This document shows, piece after piece, positions 1-10,938 of a stretch of DNA of 64,000 nucleotides. The notes beneath the pieces are model-generated. The model was given only the letters and a program-made list of their open reading frames with translations. It did not search any database and was not told the origin of the DNA. The DNA is from a virus (Duplodnaviria > Heunggongvirae > Uroviricota > Caudoviricetes). The DNA is taken from IMG/VR virus record IMGVR_UViG_3300042286_000208, positions 6,287 through 70,286 of that record; one strand, written 5' to 3'. Made by a program: the position numbers and the translations under genes. Numbering within the stretch: the stretch's first letter is position 1; each line of letters begins with the position of its first letter.

Positions 1-198
1 TACAGGATCACTTAACCATAAGTTATAGTTTTCCTCTGTTGTAACACTGATGAGAGCATTTAAGTTTTCATCAGCCAAAGTCGTTTGATCGATCTCTAGA
101 AATTCCATACTCCCGGATCCCGAACCAACTCTTATAATTAATTCTTTACTTGATATAGTATTATACCACAGGTATAAACGTCCATTTTTAACTATCAT
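1..198 (-). CDS. Partial hypothetical protein (runs off left edge), probably virion/baseplate operon
   Basis: GGAGGT SD then ATG at 198; open frame MIVKNGRLYLWYNT... to position 1; not in ORF track. Confidence 0.6.
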   Translation of the reverse strand, partial: MIVKNGRLYLWYNTISSKELIIRVGSGSGSMEFLEIDQTTLADENLNALISVTTEENYNLWLSDPV

Positions 199-209
199 AT
201 CTATACCTC

Positions 210-785
210 CTAATAAAGATAAATAGTATATACTATTTTTTTTGTAGTTTGTGATTCAAAATAAATTGGGTCGAAGAACAGATGAGTTAGCATTGTGTTT
301 CCACTAAACACTCCTAGCTCACCTAATACATAAGTCACTGAATCATTATTTATCAACTCCGAAGTAAATGTAATTCTCATATTATCATAATCAAAGAGAA
401 TATTTAAATCCCTTGTGATATTTGCATTGATATATAAGTCTGTGTTTCCTTCGCTTGTTACGTTTGGTATTGGAGATACGAGTGTAGTATCATCTTTAGA
501 AGCCTTAGCCCCTAAAGATGAACTCGAACCTCTACCAAATTTAATGTCACTGATATAACCAACATTGCTTACTTCAGTACCTATAGCATCTACTGTATTT
601 AAACCGGCATTCGCTGCGTTACCGACAATATCGTTATATAGTTTATACATTAACATTTTTCTAAAAGTGTTGGTGATAGCATTATCTTTATCGAGAATAA
701 GCTTATCGCCATCATAAATTTTTACATTACCTCTAATGACGAATAGTCCATCACCGAAGTTCATATTTTCATTAAGGTTTAACAT
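210..785 (-). CDS. Baseplate/tail-fibre attachment-type virion protein (191 aa)
   Basis: C-terminal LGELGVFSG...LTHLFFDPIYFES..KKIVYTIY pattern resembles tail-collar/fibre proteins; GGAGG SD. Confidence 0.5.
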   Translation of the reverse strand: MLNLNENMNFGDGLFVIRGNVKIYDGDKLILDKDNAITNTFRKMLMYKLYNDIVGNAANAGLNTVDAIGTEVSNVGYISDIKFGRGSSSSLGAKASKDDTTLVSPIPNVTSEGNTDLYINANITRDLNILFDYDNMRITFTSELINNDSVTYVLGELGVFSGNTMLTHLFFDPIYFESQTTKKIVYTIYLY

Positions 786-786
786 A

Positions 787-3700
787 TTATTCCTCCATTT
801 CTATTATTTCTTCATCGAAGAACCAGTCGTCTTCTAATTTTAATTCTGATCAAATAACTAAATCTTCAGCAAATATCAATGTTTCTCTTGCATTACTTAA
901 ATCTAACTGATGACTTTCTTCATATAGAGTTACTTTATAGCTCATAAAGAAAGAAAGTAGAGAGATTAGGAAGTTCAGGTATTCTTCGTCAGAAAAGTTT
1001 TTGCTTATTGTATTGACAGTGTTTAATAGAGAATATTCTTCAGCACCTGTCATGAACGACAGAATTGTATTTAAACTATTCAATATCGAATTATATTTAG
1101 GCAAGTTCTCTATCTTTTCTGTCTCTGTTATTGTTTCTTGTCTCAACAAATCAACAAAATCTTGCATGAAGTCAGGTAAATCACTATAATTTGTTCCATG
1201 GGTGACTTCTGTCAATATTGTTTCCATCGTCTCATCGTTATAAACACTATCTGATCTTTCAAAGAAAGTTTCAATAACTAAATTAAGTATTCTAACAAAA
1301 GTATTGTTAATAGCTAAGGTATTTGTTACTGATGAATCTTTTAACGTATAATCTTCTTTAAATATTCTATTTTGTGTATAATCCAATAACATTTGTAATA
1401 AAGATCTTAGATTTACTGAATATAAATTACCTATATTAATTGTTTGAGATGAAATACCGTCTATAGCCATTAATTTTAAATATTTTGCCTTAGTTGCTAT
1501 ATAATCGGCTGTAGGTATCTCTATAATTGATATTAAGTTTGTAGATTCTAAAAGATCCAGAATAAATGTTGCTGAGTTTTGATAATCTATCGAGGAATAA
1601 CCAAAACCTAATAATAGTTTTCTTAGTTTATCACTAAAACTATTTTCAACTTTTCCGCTTTGTAATGTTCCATCTAATCTAGAAGTTAAATATGCTTTAC
1701 TTCCTGGAACTGCTTTCACATTATTGATATCTGTTTCATATGCATATCTATTCATAGAGAAAATTGTGCCTTCGATTGAATCATTACTAAGTAAATCGTT
1801 ATCAACTTTGTCTTTTAAGAATTCTTCAATTTCCTCCGGAGTTATATTTCCTATTATTTCTTTAATTTCAGTCTCGAAGTTAGCTAGTTTAGTACTCAAA
1901 TCTGTTAACTTAGGTAAACCATAAAATTTATCGTAAACTTCTCCAGACGTATCTTGTGGTTCTCAAGGCGATAGTACTTCCCCTAGATGTGCATTTATAA
2001 ATTTAATATATTTCACTATATCCGTGTATTTTATATTGGTTAATGAAATATAATCATCCGAATAGCTTTCAATTGTAAGATCGTATTTCATATTATCTAA
2101 CAAGTTATCTAAAATAGACATAATATACATATTCATTATCTTAGCTGTTTCCATATTGATGGATGCAGATATAGAAAGATATTTTGTTTTGGATATATTT
2201 AGGTTTAAACCGTCAGATCCATTTATAAATTCTTGGGTGATATCTTTACTTCAATAACCATCATCCTTTACAAATTCTTCATATCCCACTGTTGTATTTG
2301 AATCAACTCTGTTTTTAATACTCGTAATAGGTCTTGGTGTTCCTTCTGGTAAATTTATAAATACAGTCTCATCTTTAGTTGGGTCATATTTAACTATATT
2401 AATGATTTCTGGTGATGATGAAGGTATTGATTCATAAGGATTTATTATTTCTTGAGTTGTAAACACTGTGTTAGAGGGTGTTAATACCGATACATATTTT
2501 ATTTTTTCAGTAGTGTCATACCATGTGTATCCCACGGTATCGACAGATATGCCATCTTCATCAGTGTAATTATATGTTTCTGGTTCTGATGTAGGAAGAA
2601 CTATATTTTCTTCTACTCAAATAGTGCCGTTATGTGTGTATAAAATATGATTAACTGTATCATACCACATGTCTCCTTCGACTGGTTCGTTTATTACGGT
2701 TGAAGGAACACTCTCTCCCAAGTCCCAAGCACCATCTACATAGGTGTAAAGAGTTGTAGTTGCATTATTATATCATCTATAAGGGATAGGTTTCTCAACT
2801 GTATTTATTGGTGTTGGTTCTCATGAACCCACTTCTCCAACAACTGTTCAAGTATATACATTACCGTTATAATATCATTTATCTACATAATTAATTGAAT
2901 TTTTAGTAGATTTAGCTATGTAGTATTCATTGATAGCTATTTCATATTCATTACTAGATTCGTTAAGCATGTCTTCAATTAATTTCTTAACTCTTCTGGT
3001 TCCTTTGTTTTTAATTAAATTATTGTAATTTCTAATAACTGACATTTTATAGTCAAATGATCCATAGAAATTGTCATATCTATTAAGATCACTCAAACCA
3101 AAACTATTTAAGAAGTTATCAATATCTTCTGAACTATAGCTATCAAGATGTTTATGTTTCGATACTTTTTGATTAAAATATCTATCTAATGCCATTGTTA
3201 TTAAAAGAATAAACTCATATAGAGGGTACTCGTCATCATTAACTAATGATTTAAGTAGTAAATTTCTAAAATAATATTCTCTGACATCTTGATAGCTTCT
3301 AAGGAATAGTGCTATTTCTTGTTTATGCTCTGAATTAATACCATAGTAATATGTTTTGTGGCTATCAAGGTGGTAACCAACTATATCCATGTATTCTTTT
3401 TCTCTAAAGTTAATAACGTTACCCGTTAAAGATTTGACACTAGGGTAATAATGGTTGTTATCTACATCTAGTAATGTATAAGATGTTATATCTAGAGCGG
3501 TAGCTAATTCTCATGCGGATTCATTGAAGTTATTAATATAAATATTATTGAATAAAGAATTTATACTACCAGTTCTTGTTAGCCAGTTAGCTATATATGT
3601 CTCTACCTGATCTTGCATAAATAAATCATACACATCTTTGTTGAGTTCTTTATATTGGAAAGTAAGAGACAACATTCTTTCCCCTGTTATATCTAAGTCC

Positions 3701-5253
3701 TCTCCATTTATTTTTATTTTAAGAATATCGATCATATTTTGAAGTTTTGTTTTGATATCATTATTTACTTTATGTACAACATTAATATAATTAATTGGTC
3801 TGCTTTCAGATATTTGATTTATTTCATATGTATTAACAGCCTTATCTTTTTCTGCAGATATAGTCCCACTCAATGTTTTTATATCCATCAAAATAAAGAA
3901 TTTATACAGATAAATGTAGAGGTGACTTCTAATTACCTCTGACAAGCTATTTTTATAAGTTTCAAAACTGGTTGAATCATCAATAGCATCTGGTGAATCA
4001 CTTATGAAGAAATAGTTTGATACATCAACTTTAAAATCAACTAGTATATCTGGGTCTGTAATCGGATCTGTTCCGTTATATCATCTGAACATATCATTAA
4101 GAAAGCCTTCGAAAGTTGTTTCGTATGAGTCAGGAAAGTCACCTGCCACATAACTGTTTACTGAGTTTTTAAATATGATATGTAACTCATCAGTCTCAAT
4201 ACCTGTAAATTTAATTTGATCATTTACATGTTTTATAGCATCTCTAGCTAATTTTGATACATTGATATTTAGATTAGTAACGCTGTTGAAATAATTTACT
4301 GTGTTGTTTTGAGCATACTCAGTAAGATTTTTTAATATTATACCATTCAGTATGCCATTTGTTTTTATTTCCTCAAGTAAGTTTCTTAGATAACTTTTTT
4401 TAACAGAAAGAACTAGCTCTGTGTTCTCATCTATTTCTTCCTGATCATTTCCTGTTATCATACCCTTGTCGATTAATTTAGTCTTCGTCTCTTCCGATAT
4501 ATACATATTATCAATAAATCTATACATATCTCTTTCAAAGTTACTGATTATATTCGCAGAATATCCTTCAACGATATATTCTCTAGATTTATTATCCTCT
4601 GTCTCCACTAAATCAAGTTTTATTTTTGCTACGACTTGTCCATTATTTATCAGGTTATATTCTATAGGATTTGAACCATCATGTATAAGTAATTCAAAGT
4701 CCATGTTTAACACCATTGTGTTTCCGTTCAGACCTAGATTTAATATTTTACCATCCACGCTGAATTGATTACTCTTTAGTCTGAAAGATTTTACAAAATT
4801 TTCTCTATAGACATTATTAACATAAGGGATAGAAAAAGAATATGTTCTACTACTATCTTGATTTATGTTGTTAGGTGTATCAATAAGTGTTACAGTATAA
4901 GTAAACTTTTCTGATATATTAAAAATATTATATATAGCATTATCACCGATGTTAAAAACCATATATTTATTATATAGGATCATCATCTCAATAAGATCGA
5001 CAGTCGCTATAGGGTTAACAAACTGAGTGAAATATCTATAGGCATATTTATACATCATATTAGATAGATCGTTTTCTGTATAATCTTGTCTTTTTTTGAA
5101 TAAGATATTATGAGATATAAACTCAGTGAGGTTGTTTAAAGCAACCGCGTCAGAACCACTAACTTTGTAAGGCGATGTATAATTGCTCAGCGCCATTCTT
5201 ATTAAGTCTATTTTTTCATTTCTAGTTGCTTTTAAATTGTCAAAATTTGTCAT
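787..5253 (-). CDS. Large virion structural protein, probable baseplate wedge (~1488 aa, 10 TGA=Trp)
   Basis: Six track ORFs (850-5262) are in one frame and joined only by TGA; GAGGTG SD before ATG 5253; first TAA at 787-789; upstream of baseplate-type gene. Confidence 0.75.
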
Positions 5254-5274
5254 AATGCTCACCTCATTTATTTT

Positions 5275-5392
5275 TCTCTATAGTTATTAGTACTATATAT
5301 AGTTATTAGTATATATAGATATTATTAATTAATAAGTAATAAATATAATTATAACTATTATATAGATATTAATTAATAAATTAAATAATAAA
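5275..5392. repeat. Extremely AT-rich tract with short direct repeats
   Basis: TATAGTTATTAGTA x2 and TATATAGATATTA x2; almost no G/C. Confidence 0.7.
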
Positions 5393-5960
5393 AAACTTTA
5401 CCCTGTGCTGTTTCCAGGGTTATCCCTCTTTGAACAGTGAGTGACGGCAGCATTTATCCGGACATATCTGTATAGTGTTAAGTCTTCCACTAAAGCAGGA
5501 ACTCTCTTTGTAAACAATTCTGTAAACTAAAACTTTAAAACATCGTAAACCATTTTGTAAACTAAAGGTGAAGATTTTTTGATAGCACTTTTACATAAGA
5601 ACTAGATATAATCTAATCAGATCTGGTTTTGTGTCGAACCCGCTAGTGTTAGTAGCTTCATCCTCTCTCCGAATTCGAGGACTTCTTAGGAGATCTTGTA
5701 TCACAAACGTGATACACTTACTTTCAAGGATTCTCACCCTGATCTACTATATGACTTTAATCTTCTTCATATAGCTAGTTACTTCAAAGAGCAATAACTA
5801 TATGTATTCTTTCCACTGTGAATGATTACCAATTTCAGTGAGTTATATCGGGAACTCATTAACGGGATTTCTTCGAGAAATGTCCAAAGGCTAGTTAGGT
5901 TTGATATAGTTAGCACTTTTGATTTCAAAGTCACAAATAAATCATAGTTTGCTCGACTAT
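5393..5960 (-). ncRNA. Candidate large structured non-coding RNA (~565 nt)
   Basis: No ORF; many stems (GTATCAC/GTGATAC, ATTTCT/AGAAAT, TGAGTT/AACTCA, CTATATGA/TCATATAG); late motif at 5' end; ACCCTG/CAGGGT hairpin plus T run at 3' end. Confidence 0.5.
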
Positions 5961-5973
5961 AATTAATTATTCA
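5958..5973 (-). promoter_or_regulatory. Putative late promoter motif TGAATAATTAATTATA
   Basis: Exact copy of 16-mer found 17 times in intergenic positions. Confidence 0.75.
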
Positions 5974-6153
5974 AGGGGTTCAAAACAAAAAAATAAACTC
6001 AAGTATAAATCCATTTGATCAAAATAAATATATTATAAAAATAGTTTAAATTAAAACAAGGTTATTAAAAGCTTTGTTTTTTTCTTAACACCAGAGGTAA
6101 TTAATTACTAGTTGGAAAGATTTTTTCCAACTTTTTTTTTACTTAAAACCTAC

Positions 6154-6169
6154 TGAATAATTAATTATA
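6154..6169 (+). promoter_or_regulatory. Putative late promoter motif
   Basis: Exact 16-mer, heads the trigger-factor operon. Confidence 0.75.
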
Positions 6170-6176
6170 AAACATA

Positions 6177-6260
6177 AGTCATCATATTGAACGAAGAGTC
6201 TACTCAGTTTCCTCCTCCTTGATTGGGTGGATTCTTCGTTGAGTATGATGATTATAGACT
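6177..6260 (+). promoter_or_regulatory. Long leader hairpin with anti-SD loop TCCTCCTCCTT
   Basis: 20-bp stem 6190-6209/6221-6240 (with G-U pairs), loop 6210-6220, lower stem TCATCATA/TATGATGA. Confidence 0.7.
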
Positions 6261-6281
6261 AAAAAGGAGGATAAATATCAA

Positions 6282-6485
6282 ATGACTCAAATCAAAATTA
6301 TTAAAAACATCGATATTAATAAAATGGAAAACGATGTCAACTGATGATTGAAACAAAACGACTCAAAGATCAAAGTAAAGAGTGTCGAGGTTAGCTCAGT
6401 TAACAGTCAGCCACCTGCAGTAAAAGGGTTATTCATAACAACGATTACTTATGAAGAAGCATCTACGGTGATTTTACATGATTAG
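6282..6485 (+). CDS. Hypothetical protein (67 aa, 2 TGA=Trp)
   Basis: AAGGAGG SD, ATG 6282, tandem TGATGA in frame, TAG stop; missing from ORF track. Confidence 0.65.
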
Positions 6486-6497
6486 AAAAATTAAAAT

Positions 6498-7070
6498 ATG
6501 AAAGAAAAATTAGAAAGGGGTAATACCATGCCAAAAGAAAAAGAATTAGAAATGATTAGCAAAGAAACAAAACAAGCAATTGAGCTCTTTGAAAAAAGAG
6601 ATATATTAAACACACAAATGATTGAAGAGTTAGACAAACAATTAGTGTCGTCTAAATACGGTTCAGTAGGACATGTTAATAAAATCACAAGGCTATCTTC
6701 TCTAAGAAATTATAAGCTGAGACTTCAAGAAGTAATTGAGGCTTTCAAACAAATTGTCGACTATAAGTCTCTTGAAACAATTGAAGGTTACATTGTAAAA
6801 GTTCTTGAAGATTCAAAAACTAACTTAAAAACAAGCTCTACTTCTTTAGATTCTGTTGAAATATTCTCAAATGATTATATTAAATATGAAATCCTAGTTA
6901 AGACTTATAAAGAGTTAAGTGATCTATATAGCGAAGTTATTGAAGTCCTTAAAAAAATCAAAGAAACAGTAAGACCTGAGCAAGCACCTAAACAAGAACA
7001 AGAAGTACCACCAACACCCGAGCAAACCTCGGCAGTTGAACAAAAACAAACTAAAAAGGAGACAGCATAA
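6498..7070 (+). CDS. Coiled-coil hypothetical protein (start may be 6528)
   Basis: Helical E/K/L-rich ORF with Pro/Gln-rich tail; stop overlaps tig start. Confidence 0.75.
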   Translation: MKEKLERGNTMPKEKELEMISKETKQAIELFEKRDILNTQMIEELDKQLVSSKYGSVGHVNKITRLSSLRNYKLRLQEVIEAFKQIVDYKSLETIEGYIVKVLEDSKTNLKTSSTSLDSVEIFSNDYIKYEILVKTYKELSDLYSEVIEVLKKIKETVRPEQAPKQEQEVPPTPEQTSAVEQKQTKKETA

Positions 7071-8434
7071 TGAACGGAGAATTACAAGTTTATAAAAAAG
7101 ATGAATTTAATTACGTATATACAAAAACAGCAAGTCGTAAAGAATTCGCTAAAGAATTAGAAGAAATTTATAATAAACATTATAAAACAAATTATGAACA
7201 AGATGGTTTTAGAAAAGGAGAAGTACCTTTTAATCTAGCCATTCTTAATCCAAAGCTATCAGCTAGTATTTTAAAAACTGTAGCTTTAATAGATAGACAA
7301 ATTTTTGTTGAAGAAATTATTAAAGAGGTTTCAGATATTGGAAGTATCTATGATATTAAAGATGGTTCAGATCAAACTGACTTTGAAGGATTTGATCTAT
7401 CATTAGAAGATCCCGTCATTTTTCAATTAAATGTAGAATTGGCTTCGTTTGTTGATAATGTTAATTATGAAGATGCAAAAGTAGATAAAGAACTCATTAA
7501 ATCCAAACCATCAACAGAAAAAGAATTAGTTGCTCTATTTAAAGAATATAAGAAAGTAAAACAACAACAAAATAAAGCTACAAAAACATCTTATGTTGAT
7601 TTAACATTTGACGATGGCAGAGATAAAGAAAATTTAACATTCAATCTAGCTCAAAAATTTGGAGAAGATGATGAAGCTCTAAAAGTTCAAACTCATGCAG
7701 AAGTTACAGAATTAGTAATGGGTAAAAAAATCGGTGATGAATTCTCTTATGCGTTGACAGGTAAAGACGGCTCTAAACTAGATGTAAAAGCAACTATCAC
7801 TGACATTTATAGAATCAAAGAGTTAAAAGATGATGAATTTATTGAAATGTTAAAAGACCAAAGTAATGTTCCTGAAGAACAAAAAGAAGGTCTAGACATT
7901 GATAAAGTAAAGGTTATGTTTAAAGAACATCTTGAGAAGATATATCAAGATAACTACACTGAAGAAGTGCGTTCATTAACTTTTGCTGCACTCAACAATC
8001 TTACTGAAGGAATTCACTATAACGAAAACGAAATCACAAATCTGAAAAACCAGTTTACAGTCCAAGTACAAAAAATGGCAGATCAAGAAAAAACTTCATT
8101 TGCTGATTATGTAATTAAGAACTTTGGAAGTCAAAAACTGATGGAAGATTATGTAGATGCTAGTCAAAGAGCAAGAGTTCTTCAAGCAGCGATCTATAGA
8201 AAAATTGGAAAAGAAATGGGATTAGTTCCTACTTATATGCAATTAGAATCATTCGTTAAAACGTTCTTGTTCAAGTTTGATCCTACACAACTTATGGATG
8301 ATGCATTGGTACAACAAGTCAACCAACAAGTAACACAAGTACTAGCTGAACCACTTAACAGACAAAGAATTATTGAAAGTTGGGCTTCTGTTAAAGCAGA
8401 AGATATGATTAACGATCAAATCGGTTTACTTTAA
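7070..8434 (+). CDS. tig: Trigger factor (ribosome-associated chaperone)
   Basis: GFRKGEVP ribosome-binding signature near N-terminus, FKBP-like middle region, helical C-domain, 454 aa. Confidence 0.8.
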   Translation: MNGELQVYKKDEFNYVYTKTASRKEFAKELEEIYNKHYKTNYEQDGFRKGEVPFNLAILNPKLSASILKTVALIDRQIFVEEIIKEVSDIGSIYDIKDGSDQTDFEGFDLSLEDPVIFQLNVELASFVDNVNYEDAKVDKELIKSKPSTEKELVALFKEYKKVKQQQNKATKTSYVDLTFDDGRDKENLTFNLAQKFGEDDEALKVQTHAEVTELVMGKKIGDEFSYALTGKDGSKLDVKATITDIYRIKELKDDEFIEMLKDQSNVPEEQKEGLDIDKVKVMFKEHLEKIYQDNYTEEVRSLTFAALNNLTEGIHYNENEITNLKNQFTVQVQKMADQEKTSFADYVIKNFGSQKLMEDYVDASQRARVLQAAIYRKIGKEMGLVPTYMQLESFVKTFLFKFDPTQLMDDALVQQVNQQVTQVLAEPLNRQRIIESWASVKAEDMINDQIGLL

Positions 8435-8438
8435 TAAT

Positions 8439-8468
8439 AAAAAAGAAGACACATAGTCTTCTTTTTTT
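8439..8468. terminator. Bidirectional intrinsic terminator
   Basis: AAGAAGAC/GTCTTCTT stem flanked by A and T runs between convergent genes. Confidence 0.8.
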
Positions 8469-8973
8469 ATGGTTTTTCATTTTTTTCAGGTAAACCGCTC
8501 ATTGACATTCCTCGAACACCAGCAGTTAAATTAGATTTTCTATATCTAAATACAAATCTAGTTTGAAAAATGTTTTCTCCACGAACGATGGTTACAAATA
8601 AAACCAAAACAAAGTCATATCTAGTTGTTTCCATAAAATAATCTATAGCTACATTTCTATTATAACTTCTTCCGTTATTATATTTGTCTTGTATGTCTTT
8701 CACATAACTCAGAATATCAGCTTCTCTTAATGTGTCTCCGACCATTGATCTAAAGAACATCAAGTCATCTTTTAAATCCACTTCGTTTAAACAAAACTTA
8801 ACAATATCTAATTGAAGTCTTTGTTTCAATCTACCATACACGATAGAGTGTTCATCTGCATAAGTTACTTGTTTTTTTGATTTATCATCGACGTATATGA
8901 CCATCTCGTTAATAATTTTATTTATTTCATTACTACTTTTGTTTTCTTCTATAATCATTTTCATTAAAATCAC
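8467..8973 (-). CDS. Hypothetical protein, possibly gp25-like baseplate wedge
   Basis: 168-aa ORF downstream of gp53-like gene; weak resemblance only. Confidence 0.35.
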   Translation of the reverse strand: MILMKMIIEENKSSNEINKIINEMVIYVDDKSKKQVTYADEHSIVYGRLKQRLQLDIVKFCLNEVDLKDDLMFFRSMVGDTLREADILSYVKDIQDKYNNGRSYNRNVAIDYFMETTRYDFVLVLFVTIVRGENIFQTRFVFRYRKSNLTAGVRGMSMSGLPEKNEKP

Positions 8974-8979
8974 CGCCCA

Positions 8980-9636
8980 TTAAAATAGACTAGAAATAGA
9001 CTTATCTTTTCCCAGACCAACTCCTGTAGTGTTCCCTTCAATAAATCTATTAGTATTTGGAGTAGGTGTAGGTGATTCAGTTCTAATTATTGTAGAAGTA
9101 TTTGGTAATCTATTTTTTGAAGTTAAAGATAAGAGCTTTTCAGTTAAATTGGATGTATTTTTATATAAGTATCTTTCTTCGATAAAACCAGACTGTCTAC
9201 TAATGTCAATATTCTTACTTGTATATGCATCTGGGTTATTTTTGCTATTTTGGACCTCGCCTTTATACAAAGTTATGAGTTTATTCAAGTCATTTAGTAT
9301 ATTAACAGGTAAAACTTCTATGATAGGTAGGTTAAAGTCGATCGGATGAGAGACACCCGACACAAACAGGACCAACCACTCTAACTCAGAAGATCCATAA
9401 TAGTCAAGAGCAAAAAGATTAGGTTTTTGGTAATATTTTGGATCAAGGGTAATTTTTGTTGCATAGTATTTGAAAAAAGGAAGAAATCTCTGTAGAATTG
9501 TTGGTTTAGATACTAAGAACTTATCTTCATAAACCGTATAAGTTGATAAATTTCCTATATTAAATATATAACCATACAAACTATTTATATAACCATTTAC
9601 TGTTTGATCGAATTTGTTGGATGCAATAGTCTTCAT
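8980..9636 (-). CDS. Baseplate wedge protein, T4 gp53/LysM-like
   Basis: YYQKPNLFALDYYGSSELEWLVL matches the RPDxxAxxxYGxxxxxWxxL pattern; late motif upstream. Confidence 0.6.
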   Translation of the reverse strand: MKTIASNKFDQTVNGYINSLYGYIFNIGNLSTYTVYEDKFLVSKPTILQRFLPFFKYYATKITLDPKYYQKPNLFALDYYGSSELEWLVLFVSGVSHPIDFNLPIIEVLPVNILNDLNKLITLYKGEVQNSKNNPDAYTSKNIDISRQSGFIEERYLYKNTSNLTEKLLSLTSKNRLPNTSTIIRTESPTPTPNTNRFIEGNTTGVGLGKDKSISSLF

Positions 9637-9660
9637 AATATATCACCTTCCTTGCTTAAC

Positions 9661-9676
9661 TATAATTAATTATTCA
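9661..9676 (-). promoter_or_regulatory. Putative late promoter motif
   Basis: Exact 16-mer, divergent partner of 9729. Confidence 0.75.
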
Positions 9677-9728
9677 ATACGAACGGTATCGTTTTAAATT
9701 TAAGGCCGTTTTTTGTTCTAAACTATTT

Positions 9729-9744
9729 TGAATAATTAATTATA
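9729..9744 (+). promoter_or_regulatory. Putative late promoter motif
   Basis: Exact 16-mer just before GAGGTG SD. Confidence 0.75.
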
Positions 9745-9768
9745 TAAATAGAAATAGAGGTGGACGAT

Positions 9769-10833
9769 ATGGCTTACCAAAAATTTAACAGAGATAAAGC
9801 CCTTAATATCAGAATGGGTCAGCACTACGATAATCAAACTTTACTAGAGGAATCTGCTGCTCTAACTCAAGAAGAAAATAAAGATATTGAGATAAATATG
9901 TTAAGAGAGTCTATGACAAGTTATGTTAAGGCTGAAAATGCTGCCAACAATAATGTTATGAGAAGACAAAAATATCTTAATGAATCTAATTGATATGCTT
10001 TAAAAAGCTATATCACTAAACTTTCTATCGATCAAGCTAAGAGCCTTTACGATTTCAAAGCCTTAAAAGAAGAATACGGAATTGATCCAGAGGCTGAAAT
10101 TGAACAAGAAGTTGAAGAAACTCTGATGACAGAAATTCCTTTGACTATAAAAGGCGAAATGGGAACTATTATTCCTATTAAGATTGAAGTAACTCCAGAG
10201 ACAGCTGATGTTGTTCAAGCAGTTATTGGTATAATGGATAAGAATGTCGGGGCAGATAAAGCTCATATGGAAACAGAACAAATAGAAGTTGCTGCAGATG
10301 AAGCAATGTCTCAAGTTCCTGAAGATATGCCTCAAATGACTACAGCTGCTGATAAAATTTCAGACGAAACAATCGGTATCATTTCTAAAGATCAAGAACT
10401 TTTAGCAGATATGAAAGCTAAAATGGATGATTTAGAAGCAAGAGTCTCTGAAAATGAGCAAGTTCTTGGGTTGGCTGGAGAAGAAGAATATATCGAACCA
10501 GATCCAGGTACTACACCAGAAGATGCACCTGAGCTTATACAAGATCCTGAAACTGGTTTATTAGTTGATCCTGAAACTGGAGAAGTATACGATCCAGCAA
10601 CTGGAGAAATTATTAAAGAAGAACTACATAGAGAACATAGAGTTCAAACTATTCTAGAAGCATTAGCAGTTAGAAAAGCCACAAAAACAATAAAAGAAAA
10701 CTATAATGGATATAATAGAGATGTATCTATTGTAGGTGGTATTAACTCTTTAATTATTTTAGAAGCTTTCGACCATGTGTTTGGTAGAACGACTTCTTAT
10801 ACAGCATTAAAGAACAGGTTAAATATTAAATAA
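9769..10833 (+). CDS. Acidic prohead core/inner-head protein (~354 aa, 1 TGA=Trp)
   Basis: Track ORFs 9760-9993 and 10126-10833 join through TGA 9991; many L/I-x-E motifs; DPETG repeats. Confidence 0.6.
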
Positions 10834-10883
10834 CAACTGGGCTGGTCGAACACACCCCGGTCTAGTAGACCCTGGTCCACCAA

Positions 10884-10911
10884 CGACGGGGAATTTCCCC
10901 GTCATTTTTTT
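10884..10911 (+). terminator. Intrinsic terminator
   Basis: GACGGGG-AATTT-CCCCGTC followed by T7. Confidence 0.85.
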
Positions 10912-10938
10912 ATAAAATACTAATAGGAGGTAATCCAA

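Noticed and set aside
850-5262. Track ORF fragments as separate genes or pseudogenes
   Set aside because: All fragments are in one frame and separated only by TGA; the same holds for the RNAP and other genes, so this is recoding, not decay
6342-6360. CTGATGA…GAAA as a hammerhead ribozyme core
   Set aside because: No stem II or flanking helices; it is two Trp codons inside an ORF
10495-10615. DPETG-type peptide repeats as a DNA repeat element
   Set aside because: They are degenerate at synonymous sites and in frame, so a protein low-complexity repeat
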